A DNA stretch of 63,955 bases, the filler included, from Stramenopiles sp. TOSAG23-2 (lineage: Eukaryota): assembly GCA_900128395.1 (NCBI GenBank). It is 3 parts of 3 records of this genome, joined end to end, with 100 filler letters (N's around TTAATTAATTAA, not from the genome) between each part and the next. Parts side by side here need not be neighbours in the genome. Positions count along the whole stretch, not along the records: positions 21,484 to 42,829 come from LT649538.1; 2 more parts are not named here. One strand, given 5' to 3'. The notes below the pieces were generated by a model. The model was not told the origin of the DNA and ran no database searches. It was given only the letters and a program-made list of their open reading frames with translations. This document shows positions 32,819-42,929 of the stretch, piece by piece. The position numbers and the translations under genes are program-made. Each line of letters starts with the position of its first letter. Position 1 is the stretch's first letter.

Positions 32819-34084
32819 TTACATCAGCCTTGTATCACCAGTACTAAGCAACCGAGCTCTCCAACTTTTACTAGATTTCTTTTCTTTTGCCCCTCTAAAG
32901 GCTTTAGGTGAATTCAAATATGCCACACCTAATTCGGCACGTCTAGCCAGCCATGGGTGTTTATTTACACGATCAGAGGTTAATCTCTTAGCTGGATCTA
33001 CGATCAGCAATTTTGAAATAAAATCTTTCCCTTCTTTACTAACATTACTCCATTGTTCCTCTGGGAACTGTAATGTATAAGTAGGTCCTTCCTCATCCAA
33101 ATCGTCATCAAATGGAAGGTAACCAGATAAAATGGCATATACACACACACCAAGTGCCCACATATCAACTGCTTGTGTATACCCTTTTGGATCTAACATT
33201 TCTGGTGCAAGATATCCTTGCGTTCCTAAAAATGATTTCGTACGAGAAGATGCTATTTTTGAAAAACCAAAATCAATGACTTTTATTTCAGATATGTCAT
33301 TTTTACTTTTTAATAATAAATTTTCAGGCTTTAAATCACGATGTATAATATTATTGCTATGTAAATACGCCAAAGCTGATGAAATCCTACGTACAATTAA
33401 AACAGCTTCTTTTTCTGTTAATTGTTCTTGATCACAAATATAATCAAAAAGTTCACCACCCTCCATTAATTCGGTTACAATATGTATTTGTTCTTTTGAT
33501 TCGTACGCCGCAACTAGCTTGACAATGCATGGGTGACTACCAATTTTCCTAAGCACATCAACTTCATTACGAATATGATTTAATATTGTCTCTTTTCTAC
33601 GACCAAAACCTAATCTTTTTTTGGAAACAATTTTCACGGCACAAAAAATATTTGATAATTTTTCACCAATTTTCTTACGACATTTATATACGGTGCTTGT
33701 AGAACCTTTTCCAATATCACTTTGCAATTCCCAATCGTCTTCAAAAACGCCTTGATTCAAGTCTGTCATTGCAATCACTTGTTTACTAGCTGCAATGGTC
33801 CTTTCCCCACTTCCAGTTTTACCCCCGCCAAACCATCTTCCAGAATCTTGATTTTTCGGAATAGATAGTTTACTTGGTCTTTTTCTCATTTTTCCAGATG
33901 GAGATTGTATTTTACTACCTTCTTCGTCATTATTGTTGTTATTATTATTATTATCATTAACCTCCTTATTATTATCACTCATTTTACCTTCATATTTCTC
34001 ATCATCACCTTTTAAATTTATTTCAGACATTTTTGTACCATAATCTTTCTCAACGTCTTCATCATCAACAGTTTTTGAAGACAT
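32819..34084 (-). CDS. CAMK-group Ser/Thr protein kinase
   Basis: IGKGSTSTV, AVK, HRDLKPEN, DFG, APE, DMWALGV. Confidence 0.95.
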   Translation of the reverse strand: MSSKTVDDEDVEKDYGTKMSEINLKGDDEKYEGKMSDNNKEVNDNNNNNNNNDEEGSKIQSPSGKMRKRPSKLSIPKNQDSGRWFGGGKTGSGERTIAASKQVIAMTDLNQGVFEDDWELQSDIGKGSTSTVYKCRKKIGEKLSNIFCAVKIVSKKRLGFGRRKETILNHIRNEVDVLRKIGSHPCIVKLVAAYESKEQIHIVTELMEGGELFDYICDQEQLTEKEAVLIVRRISSALAYLHSNNIIHRDLKPENLLLKSKNDISEIKVIDFGFSKIASSRTKSFLGTQGYLAPEMLDPKGYTQAVDMWALGVCVYAILSGYLPFDDDLDEEGPTYTLQFPEEQWSNVSKEGKDFISKLLIVDPAKRLTSDRVNKHPWLARRAELGVAYLNSPKAFRGAKEKKSSKSWRARLLSTGDTRLM

Positions 34085-34427
34085 AATAATGACAATAAAT
34101 ATTATAGAAAATATATTCTGTATTACTGTATAATAATAATATAGAAAATGAAATGTGTAAATATGTTAATATGCGAGCGCTTGTATGTGTGTATGTATAT
34201 ATTTCTTCCGCTGCAAGATTTGTATCTATATTGTTTTCCTACTCCTTCGTTGTCTCTCTCTCTCTCTATTGTTTCAAATTGATTTATATTGTCTTATAAA
34301 TGATGATTCTATACATATATATATATTGTATATCGACAGAAGAGAGTAGTCTTATATTGTATTTGAATTAGTTGCATTAATTATGCCAGTATATATGCAT
34401 GTATATTAGTATGCCTGGTATGATTGA

Positions 34428-34470
34428 TGATTTCCAGGATTTCCAGATTTCCAGGGATTTCCAGATTTCA
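34428..34470. repeat. GATTTCCAG(G) tandem array in a divergent promoter region
   Basis: TGATTTCCAGGATTTCCAGATTTCCAGGGATTTCCAGATTTCA. Confidence 0.85.
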
Positions 34471-34629
34471 TCATTTTTTGAGTGAGATATCTGGAGATCC
34501 CAAAGCTGGAAAGCACCAAATCCCAATTATTCCAACATTCTGGCAGTACTGGTATGATGTGCTTATGGTACTGTATTATTGTTTTGCAGAGTGTACCAGG
34601 AGTACCACACACACACACACAGCAGGTGG

Positions 34630-35128
34630 TAGTGCAATACTACTCAGGAAACCTTAACGAGCAAATCCACTACGCACCTCAAATAGTGCAATACTATGTA
34701 CATACTGTCCTTGTCGGCTAAAACAGCAAGTACATATAACTAGAAACGAAATGGCGTATTATTTTCCAATAGTGTGCCGTTTTAATAATTCTAATAATAT
34801 TATTTACCAAAATATATATTTAAGTGATCTACATTTAAGTGGTTTCATCATACTTGCTTTATCCTTTACATTATTAATTAGTATACTAAAATACATGCCT
34901 ACCAGTTAAAAAAATAAAAAAAAATTTAAATATTACTAAGGTATTTTAACTAATAGGCATGATTTTTGGTATACTAAGTTTTAAAACAAACCCATTAGGC
35001 ATGCTTTTTGGTATACTAATTTTTTAATGCATATAAATAGTAGTGCAATACTACTCAGGAAACCTTAACGAGCAAATCCACTACGCACCTCAAACCTCAA
35101 ATATAAATAGTGCAATACTATGTACATA
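34630..35128. repeat. ~75-88-bp direct repeats (34630-34704, 35041-35128) enclosing inverted repeats
   Basis: TAGTGCAATACTACTCAGGAAACCTTAACGAGCAAATCCACTACGCACCTCAAA...TAGTGCAATACTATGTACATA occurs twice; internal TTAGTATAC..CATGCCTA / TAGGCATG..GTATACTAA. Confidence 0.85.
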
Positions 35129-35443
35129 AGGAAGGAATACACAGAGAGAATATAGTAGTAGTCCGACTCTAGTGCTATCCCAATGCTAATTATTAGCAGG
35201 TATGCAGTATAGATACGCACTCCCTCTCCCAATATCATTGATCAAAGAAAAAGGAAGGGAACTACTTTCCCCTCACATTTAAAAGGGGGCCATGTAATAA
35301 CTATCGGAAATAATAATAAAAGAATAAATAGTCAATACTGGCGAGATATAATTAGAAGACAAACATATATACATACAACTATATATACTTAGGAATAGTA
35401 AGCACATCTTCTGGTGTCGATTTTATTTATTTGTTTAGTCAAG

Positions 35444-36988
35444 ATGGAGAAACAATTATTATCATGGATATGTATATTATTATTAATAGTCAATGCACTA
35501 GCAATTAAAGACAAAAATAGTATGATGGTTAGGAAAGGAGAAGATGGTGATGCAGCAGACGACGAGGAAGACCCTGCAAAGCAAATAGGAAAACCAGGAA
35601 TGGCATGCTTACATGGTGCAAATGGTGTATGTGGGCACCCAGCTGGGTGCAAAGCACCTGGTGTACCTACGCCAGGCCATTGTATAGGCGATTGGACCAA
35701 CCAATGTTGCCTTATGCCAATTAAAAAAGTGTATAAAGCAAGAAATATAGGCAAACCAACGTATGATTATGAGGATACACCAGATGATATAACGTATTGT
35801 GAACATTTAGATTTTTGCAATCATCATGGTAAATGCAATGTTGATTTAAAAGAATGTATATGCGACGATATGTGGTATGGCGATTCCTGTAATAGGATCG
35901 TCAATTACAATACCAGTGTAGGTGCCGTCACAGTAACAATACTTGATAACTTTAAAGCAACAAAACGTATGGATGGGAACGAAATGTTTCTAGCAAAAGC
36001 ACATCATCGTTTGAGACAAATTCAAGCTTTGTTAAGAAAGCCAGGTCTAGGTAATGATAAAAAATTATTAAACGAGCGTGAACGCCTAATTGATCGATTG
36101 GGCATGAGGCACTTGTTACTCAATAGTTCATCTGTCCATGAAAAGATTAAAATGGATCATGGTGCATGGGCAACAACAGGTGCGACAAACGATACTTTGC
36201 CTGTAATAGTAACAAGTCGTTTAAGAGACGTTGCCCCAACGGATGATCAAATACGTAAAGTTGTATCAAAGGCAATGAGGAAGGCTTTGATAGCCGCGAT
36301 TAAACAAAATGCAAATGGCAAAGCTGAAAAATTGGATGTCCCACCAAACCCAATCTTGAAGCCAGAACTTACGTTATTAAATAAAGAAAAAATGGTAGCA
36401 AATGGCATTAAAAAGCAAATTAAAAATAAAGGTGATGTACAAGCTGGTATTGTGAAAGGGAAAATTTTACGAGATATTAGTCGTGAAGGCCATGAAACTG
36501 AAGGTCATCATGATAATCCAATTGATGACCTGTTTTCAAAAGATATACGCCGCGAACATAATGATGAGGTTCCAGGATTTGAAATTACCTACAGTAAAAA
36601 AAGAAATGAAACTGTAGGAAAATCGAAAGAACCAGAGACAAAAATGACGGAGGATTACAATGCTGAAATCAAAAAAGCATTCAATAAGGCCCAATATGAT
36701 AGTAAAAAGAAAATGCCAACGCCAATAGAAGAAGCATTGGAGACAGAGCAACAAATAGCAGATCGTGAGGAGGAGGAGCGTAAGGAGCGCGACTTAACGA
36801 TGAAAATAGACGATTGGAACGAGTATCCAAATAAGCGACAACCAAAAGTACATAATGATTATTTAGATATGAAAGGTCCAAAGCATCTATCATTACCAAA
36901 TGTAGGCGATGAATTTGCCGCACCACATAAAGAGTTTAAAAATGTCGAGCCAACTGGCGCTACTGGCGCTTCTGGTACTACAAATTAA
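35444..36988 (+). CDS. Secreted protein with Cys-rich and EGF-like domains
   Basis: Signal peptide MEKQLLSWICILLLIVNALA; CNHHGKC...CICDDMWYGDSC EGF motif. Confidence 0.8.
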   Translation: MEKQLLSWICILLLIVNALAIKDKNSMMVRKGEDGDAADDEEDPAKQIGKPGMACLHGANGVCGHPAGCKAPGVPTPGHCIGDWTNQCCLMPIKKVYKARNIGKPTYDYEDTPDDITYCEHLDFCNHHGKCNVDLKECICDDMWYGDSCNRIVNYNTSVGAVTVTILDNFKATKRMDGNEMFLAKAHHRLRQIQALLRKPGLGNDKKLLNERERLIDRLGMRHLLLNSSSVHEKIKMDHGAWATTGATNDTLPVIVTSRLRDVAPTDDQIRKVVSKAMRKALIAAIKQNANGKAEKLDVPPNPILKPELTLLNKEKMVANGIKKQIKNKGDVQAGIVKGKILRDISREGHETEGHHDNPIDDLFSKDIRREHNDEVPGFEITYSKKRNETVGKSKEPETKMTEDYNAEIKKAFNKAQYDSKKKMPTPIEEALETEQQIADREEEERKERDLTMKIDDWNEYPNKRQPKVHNDYLDMKGPKHLSLPNVGDEFAAPHKEFKNVEPTGATGASGTTN

Positions 36989-37214
36989 AATACTTGAAAA
37001 AATATTTTTTTTAAAAAAATGAAAAAACCGTAAAATTGTACGCGTACACGAGTATATTACTCGTATTTTTTCGTATTTTTCACACACATATATATATATA
37101 TATCATATATTTACGAAAATATTTTCTCTGGTCGCGAATAATATCATAATATTTTGATATGTACGCGTACTGTCGTAACACATAAACACACAGACGCACA
37201 TATTTTAATCGCTC

Positions 37215-39581
37215 TTAATCATCATCATCAGAATACAGACTATCGTCAATATCTAAACCAGACATGTCAGAGTCATCATCGCTATTTTGATATGGATTTC
37301 TATTTCCACCACCAACACCATCAACAGCATGATCACCGTCATTATCATTATCATCAGGAGCAACAACCGGTTTTGGTTTTACAAGGAACTCTTCACCTGG
37401 ACATAGACGTTGGAATATAATTTTAGCAGCCTCAAAACTGTTTTGATAACAAAACGTTTTCGAAAAACCATTATCACTATTTTTGATCTCATTTGAATTA
37501 TTGGAATTTATCAAAAATACATTCTCAATATTATTCCATTCATTATTATTACCAGATGCTGATGGGTTAGATCCTGAATTCAAAGTAAAATATGTATTCC
37601 ACAATATTGGAGATGAATTATTCTCAACATTGCCAAAAATATTCACAACTGCTAATTTCAAACTTTCAATTGCTTTACTACAATTATTGTCAGCAATTTC
37701 ACAGGTTAAATGTATTACATAGTATGGTTTTGGAACCACATATGAATCAGAATCAAGTTGTAACATAAATATTGTAGAATCATTATCAATGTTTTTACTA
37801 TTCGGTGGTATGACAAAAATACTTTTCCCAGAATCATTAGAAATCTTCTTCGTTGCAACTAAAATTGCTCTTGCCAATGATGATTGTTGAGTTTTACTTG
37901 CGCCATTATTATTATTGTCATACTTTTTTGGTGTAGATAAAGGCATATAGTAATCACTACCAACAACGACACATTTACCTTTTATGAAGACATTGTCTTC
38001 TAATTGTATCCCACTAAACGTTTTGCGATCATCTTGTTGTTTCTCATACTTTAATGCCAAGGGTGTTTTTCGCAACAAATATATACCACCATTAACAGCA
38101 CATAGGCGGCAAAATGCTTGTGGAACTTCACCAGAACCATACAAAGTGGTTAAAAATGCTGTGGTACCAAATCGTCCCAATGCTAATAAATGCCTTTGGA
38201 TTGCTACGATACCACGACGTGTTGTACATGATGTTCCACCTGTAGATGAAGTTGGCAACAAACCAATTGCATATATCAATAATTTCCCAAGAGAATCAGA
38301 TACACCAAATGAATTTTTCAAAAAAGCAATAAATGGCTGATCTTTATATTTCTCATAATCATATGCTCCGTTATCCACACCCTTGTTTTGTGGCCGTTTT
38401 AAAGACCTACCTTTTGCTAATGATTTTTCATTTAAAGTTAACGCGTCGTCTTCACTTAAATCGAGGCAATAACGCAAAAACTTCATTAATACTCTTTTGT
38501 CACTCATTGATAATTCGGATGATGTAAAAACATCTGATTTAGAACATGGTACTTTTTTGAACAATTTAGATGACGGTGATAAAATTGTTTCAATTTTTTT
38601 TTCGTCATTACTATTATTGTTGTCATCATTTTCAGCGTTGATCGTTTGGAATTCTAAATCATTCAATATATAAATATCATCAATAGCTTTAAATTCAAGA
38701 TAATTTGATACACCACAACTAACGATATGATCAACACTGAAACCACGTGATAACATTAATGATGGAATTATATCAAGGCAAAAACGATTAGATTTTTCAA
38801 ACAAGTTTTCAAGCTCAATATTTTTTTGGTTCTTTTCCTCGTTATCATTATTTACTCTCATATTATAATATTTGTTTTGCATATTTTGCATTTGACTTGT
38901 TTTAAATAAAAATTTTTGTGGCATTATTAAAATTGCATTATTACCATCAGCTACTTTCCATGTTAAATTGACTGACATCATATTATCCTTGTTTCGCAAT
39001 TTCCATAATTTTCCAATGCCAAACGAATTTGTTTGAACTTTTTGACCATAAAATGGTTTGGTTAGTTTATTTAAAGGGAGATACACGACCGCGGGTTTCC
39101 CATGTGCTAAAAACCATTCAACAATAACTTTGGCACATGCAACAGCATGTATATTATTCTTACTTGACGTTGTTGTTGTATATTCCGATATAAATCCTAA
39201 ACCGAATGGCGCAACATCTACTATGGAACCTATAGGAAATTTCTTTTGTGCTTGAAAAAGCGCTTTTTTTCTTTTGAAATGATTAGGTTTACTTTCATAA
39301 ATGTTCAATTTAGGCATGTTTTTAGTTGAGAAATATAACATATTTTCATTATCAGCATTGGATTTTATTCTTTCATTGTTTACATTTTCATTGTTGTTAT
39401 TAGATATTGGAAAATTTTCAATTGAATGCGACGAATAATATTCACCATAAAAATCATTTTTATCAACATGTATAACTTTTCTTCCTGTTAATGCTATTGC
39501 TCCAGCAAGAAGGGATTGTACTAATCCTGTCCCTAATACGATTAAATCATATGTCTCCTCAAATGTTTTATCTGTATTCAT
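37215..39581 (-). CDS. Rab escort protein (REP/CHM, GDI superfamily)
   Basis: YDLIVLGTGL...DKNDFYG, VSNYLEFK, VPCSKSDVF, KRVLMKFL, YGSGEVPQAFCRLCAVNGGIYLL. Confidence 0.9.
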   Translation of the reverse strand: MNTDKTFEETYDLIVLGTGLVQSLLAGAIALTGRKVIHVDKNDFYGEYYSSHSIENFPISNNNNENVNNERIKSNADNENMLYFSTKNMPKLNIYESKPNHFKRKKALFQAQKKFPIGSIVDVAPFGLGFISEYTTTTSSKNNIHAVACAKVIVEWFLAHGKPAVVYLPLNKLTKPFYGQKVQTNSFGIGKLWKLRNKDNMMSVNLTWKVADGNNAILIMPQKFLFKTSQMQNMQNKYYNMRVNNDNEEKNQKNIELENLFEKSNRFCLDIIPSLMLSRGFSVDHIVSCGVSNYLEFKAIDDIYILNDLEFQTINAENDDNNNSNDEKKIETILSPSSKLFKKVPCSKSDVFTSSELSMSDKRVLMKFLRYCLDLSEDDALTLNEKSLAKGRSLKRPQNKGVDNGAYDYEKYKDQPFIAFLKNSFGVSDSLGKLLIYAIGLLPTSSTGGTSCTTRRGIVAIQRHLLALGRFGTTAFLTTLYGSGEVPQAFCRLCAVNGGIYLLRKTPLALKYEKQQDDRKTFSGIQLEDNVFIKGKCVVVGSDYYMPLSTPKKYDNNNNGASKTQQSSLARAILVATKKISNDSGKSIFVIPPNSKNIDNDSTIFMLQLDSDSYVVPKPYYVIHLTCEIADNNCSKAIESLKLAVVNIFGNVENNSSPILWNTYFTLNSGSNPSASGNNNEWNNIENVFLINSNNSNEIKNSDNGFSKTFCYQNSFEAAKIIFQRLCPGEEFLVKPKPVVAPDDNDNDGDHAVDGVGGGNRNPYQNSDDDSDMSGLDIDDSLYSDDDD

Positions 39582-40148
39582 TGCGTGTTACTTATCTCTT
39601 TTACAAGTCGAGTATTCACTTTGTATATCTATGTACATAGCTATAATCAAATATTATTATTATTAGAATTGCACGTTGCAATTAGAGATTTGTGTAATGT
39701 GGAATGCTATTTAGCAACTGCGCTTTAATAGAAAAAATAATATACAAGTTGTAGATCTAATCATCCTTAATCCTCCTGCCGGGCCTGCCGCCTGGTGGTT
39801 GTAAAATATAATATTCCCTGCCCTGAACTGAAGTGATGTGTGGGTGGTGTCAATAATGTATCTTAGGCGTACTCCCATGCTAGCATGTACAGCGACACTT
39901 TGTTGCCTATTGTGGCCTATACGATCATCTAGTTTCAAAAATTATTATAGAAGAAGAATGATATGCTGGTGGTGGTATGATGGCATATATATTCATATGT
40001 ATAAATTCAAAATAAAGAAGATAATTCTAATAGAGTATATATAAATAATATTCATTTCTAGTATGCATTTAGAAATTATTATTTTAAATACATTATATGT
40101 ATCAACAGCCCCATTGTTGTTACCCTTTTCATACATTTTACTTACAAA

Positions 40149-41651
40149 ATGGATAATAATATGATGTCAACACCGCAAAATGAGAATGATTTGCAACAAC
40201 AAGCATATCATCATGTCATATTTGCTGAGGAGGAACAATCAGAAGGTGATTTTCACGAGTTAGTAAAGAAGTTAAAGACAATACGGCATTATGGTATTAA
40301 AAAAGTCATACATTTAGCTCTTGGATTCTTTTTCCTATTTGCTGCTTATAATACTATACAAAATTATGTGACAACATTGCTTCCTGGATGCTTAGGTTTC
40401 ACATCATTATGTGTTTTGTATGTGTCTGTTTGTCCATCGTTACTATTAGCTCCAGGAATATGTGCTAGGCTTGGTGATAAATGGACTTTAGTCATTGGTG
40501 CAATGTGTTATAGTATTTGGATCGCATCGTTAACGAGACCTGATATACCTAGCCTTGTCATGGGAGCTTCGGTTGTGATTGGTTTTGGTGCAGCGATTTT
40601 ATGGGTTGCGCAAGGCACGTATTTGACAAAACAAGGGGATGAAACAAATCGTGGACGTTTAGCAGGGACATTTTGGGGTATATTTCAACTCAGTGGCATT
40701 GTAGGAAATTTTGGATCATATTTTGTCATATATGGGAGTGCTAATGATGATGATAATGATAATAATAGCACCACTAAAAAAGTTGATGGCACGGAATTGT
40801 ATATGATTGGATTAATCATGTCTCTTGTCTCTGCATTTGTATTTGCTTGCTTAAGTCCTGCTGAAACGTTTAAAAATAGCAAAGAAATTTTTAATAATAT
40901 GATGGAAAACGATGATGAATCCCAACCATCAATACGAGATGTACAACCGAATGTAAGCACCCCGTTAGTTGTTGATACAGATGAAGCTACTAAACATTTT
41001 GCACCTTTAAAATCGCTACGAAAAGAATGGAAGCAATTAGCAAACCGTAAACATCTTCTATTACTTTTATCCCCACTTTTGTTTTTAACTGGGTATGAAC
41101 TAGCATTTGTTGCTGGGGAGTTTCCATTGTTTTTCGCAAAAGATAAAAATCAAACATCATCTGTAAGTTTAGTTTTTGTTTTTTGGGCATTTGCTGAAGT
41201 ATTAGGTAGTTATACCATTGGAAATATATCAGAAAAAATTGGGAAAACATATACGTTAGCATTCGGTGTATTTATCTACATCATAGCTCTATCAATCACA
41301 TGGCAATTAGATGATGATTATTTAGCAGTGGGTACTTGGAAAAATATATCTATTTTAGCATATATAGCAGGTACATTCTATGGATTTGCGGATTGTACGT
41401 TCAATGTTATTGTATTAGCGAAACTTGGTGATTTATTCCCTGACAATGGTTCACATGGAGCTTTTACGATATTTCAATTTTTACAAAACATTGGATCTGC
41501 GTTAATGTTTGGCATCCCTGTTTTATTTTCAAATGATCACTCAGAGAGTTGTTCTGCTAGTAATCAATCAAATATGTTGAGAATGGTTATAATAGGTTCA
41601 CAAGGCTTTGTTGCCATGTTATCATTGTTTGCCTTCTGGTGTTTGCCATGA
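40149..41651 (+). CDS. UNC-93-like MFS transporter (MFSD11/UNC93A family)
   Basis: GFFFLFAAYN, IGFGAAILWVAQGTYLT, GTFWGIFQLSGIVGN; about 12 TM helices. Confidence 0.88.
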   Translation: MDNNMMSTPQNENDLQQQAYHHVIFAEEEQSEGDFHELVKKLKTIRHYGIKKVIHLALGFFFLFAAYNTIQNYVTTLLPGCLGFTSLCVLYVSVCPSLLLAPGICARLGDKWTLVIGAMCYSIWIASLTRPDIPSLVMGASVVIGFGAAILWVAQGTYLTKQGDETNRGRLAGTFWGIFQLSGIVGNFGSYFVIYGSANDDDNDNNSTTKKVDGTELYMIGLIMSLVSAFVFACLSPAETFKNSKEIFNNMMENDDESQPSIRDVQPNVSTPLVVDTDEATKHFAPLKSLRKEWKQLANRKHLLLLLSPLLFLTGYELAFVAGEFPLFFAKDKNQTSSVSLVFVFWAFAEVLGSYTIGNISEKIGKTYTLAFGVFIYIIALSITWQLDDDYLAVGTWKNISILAYIAGTFYGFADCTFNVIVLAKLGDLFPDNGSHGAFTIFQFLQNIGSALMFGIPVLFSNDHSESCSASNQSNMLRMVIIGSQGFVAMLSLFAFWCLP

Positions 41652-41731
41652 GGTGTTCGGTATTTTATCAAATAATATACAAGTATCAGCAGTATATAAA
41701 AAAATACGAGCGTATTATATTTTTGATATAC

Positions 41732-41778
41732 ACTGGAGAGTAGGAATTATCATACATGAGTAAATTAAAAAATAAGTT
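41732..41778 (-). repeat. Convergent-spacer dispersed element fragment
   Basis: CTGGAGAGTAGGAATTATCATACATGAGTAAATTAAAAAATAAGTT, near-identical to 4882-4927. Confidence 0.9.
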
Positions 41779-41914
41779 GTTAATATATATATAATATATG
41801 CATTAATTATACTCTCTTTGATATTATAAAATTAAATATTACGAAGCGCGTACATATGTGTGTGTGCGTATATAAAAATAGATACATCGTCGGTAATTCC
41901 TGTTACGGATTTTT

Positions 41915-42829
41915 TCATAAATACATATCATCAATACGAACATGAGAATCCGTCATCATATTATGATTATTTCTCCTTCTTTGTTGTTCATTATTCTTCT
42001 CATCATCATCCCAAATTTCTTTTCGACAGATCGGGCAACTATTATTTACTTTAAACCATGCTGCAATACATTTATCATGAAAAAAATGCAAGCATGGTAA
42101 TTGAACGATTTCATTTCCTTTTCCATAATTATCCAAACAAATGCCACATGTTGTATCTTTTGCTTCAGGTATATTAAATGTAATCCCGATTGTTTTTTTT
42201 TGTTTTAACATTTCAATTAATCTTTCCCCATCATTCTTTTTACACATAGCTGTCGGTATATTTAAATCTTTCCCTTCACCAGTTGAATCTCCCATGGTGA
42301 ATGGCCAAACATTTAACGTATTTACAACTAATACCCCGCTTGCACCAAAACTTTCACATAATCGTGCTTTTTTAGCGAAGGAACTTTTACCCCTTAAACA
42401 GACAACAATTTTATTTTGAACCTCGTTCGCATTTATTAATGATTTTTCATGTGCATTTATGGGTTGTGCGAGTATTGCTTCGTATTTTACATTATGTTTT
42501 AATTTTCCATTACCAAATGCACCAAGAGTGATTGAAAACATATCTGTTTTTGGTAGTCCATCTACAATAAATGTATCACTACGCAACTCACAATGTTCTT
42601 CAATGCTATTTTTGATTTTAAATTTTGCCAATTTATCATACGTATTTTTCGAAACGCTATTTGCACTTTGTCCTACACCATCGTTAAATACGTCGTTTGG
42701 AAAATTTATACCCATACTTGTTAATAACTCTATAATACGGTTTGCTTGCAATTGTTCACCATTATTAGGATTATTCAAATTTCCATCTGGATTTAAACTG
42801 TTTAAATTGATGCCATTTGCACCAAAATG
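41915..42829 (-). CDS. PA-domain + RING-H2 E3 ligase (5'-partial)
   Basis: PA: KIVVCLRGKSSFAKKARLCESFGASGVLVVN. RING-H2: CGICL..LPCLHFFHDKCIAAWFKVNNSCPICR. Frame is open to the contig edge. Confidence 0.88.
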   Translation of the reverse strand, partial: HFGANGINLNSLNPDGNLNNPNNGEQLQANRIIELLTSMGINFPNDVFNDGVGQSANSVSKNTYDKLAKFKIKNSIEEHCELRSDTFIVDGLPKTDMFSITLGAFGNGKLKHNVKYEAILAQPINAHEKSLINANEVQNKIVVCLRGKSSFAKKARLCESFGASGVLVVNTLNVWPFTMGDSTGEGKDLNIPTAMCKKNDGERLIEMLKQKKTIGITFNIPEAKDTTCGICLDNYGKGNEIVQLPCLHFFHDKCIAAWFKVNNSCPICRKEIWDDDEKNNEQQRRRNNHNMMTDSHVRIDDMYL

Positions 42830-42929
42830 NNNNNNNNNNNNNNNNNNNNNNNNNNNNNNNNNNNNNNNNNNNNTTAATTAATTAANNNNNNNNNNNNNNN
42901 NNNNNNNNNNNNNNNNNNNNNNNNNNNNN
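42830..42929. other. Artificial contig-joining linker
   Basis: 44 N + TTAATTAATTAA + 44 N. Confidence 0.97.

Noticed and set aside
34630-35128. Repeats considered as a CRISPR array
   Set aside because: Only two long units, no unique equal-length spacers, no cas genes, eukaryotic context.
39770-39930. GC-richer patch with a CATGCTAGCATG palindrome as a possible ncRNA
   Set aside because: No tRNA, snRNA or snoRNA hallmarks recognised; consistent with a bidirectional promoter core.
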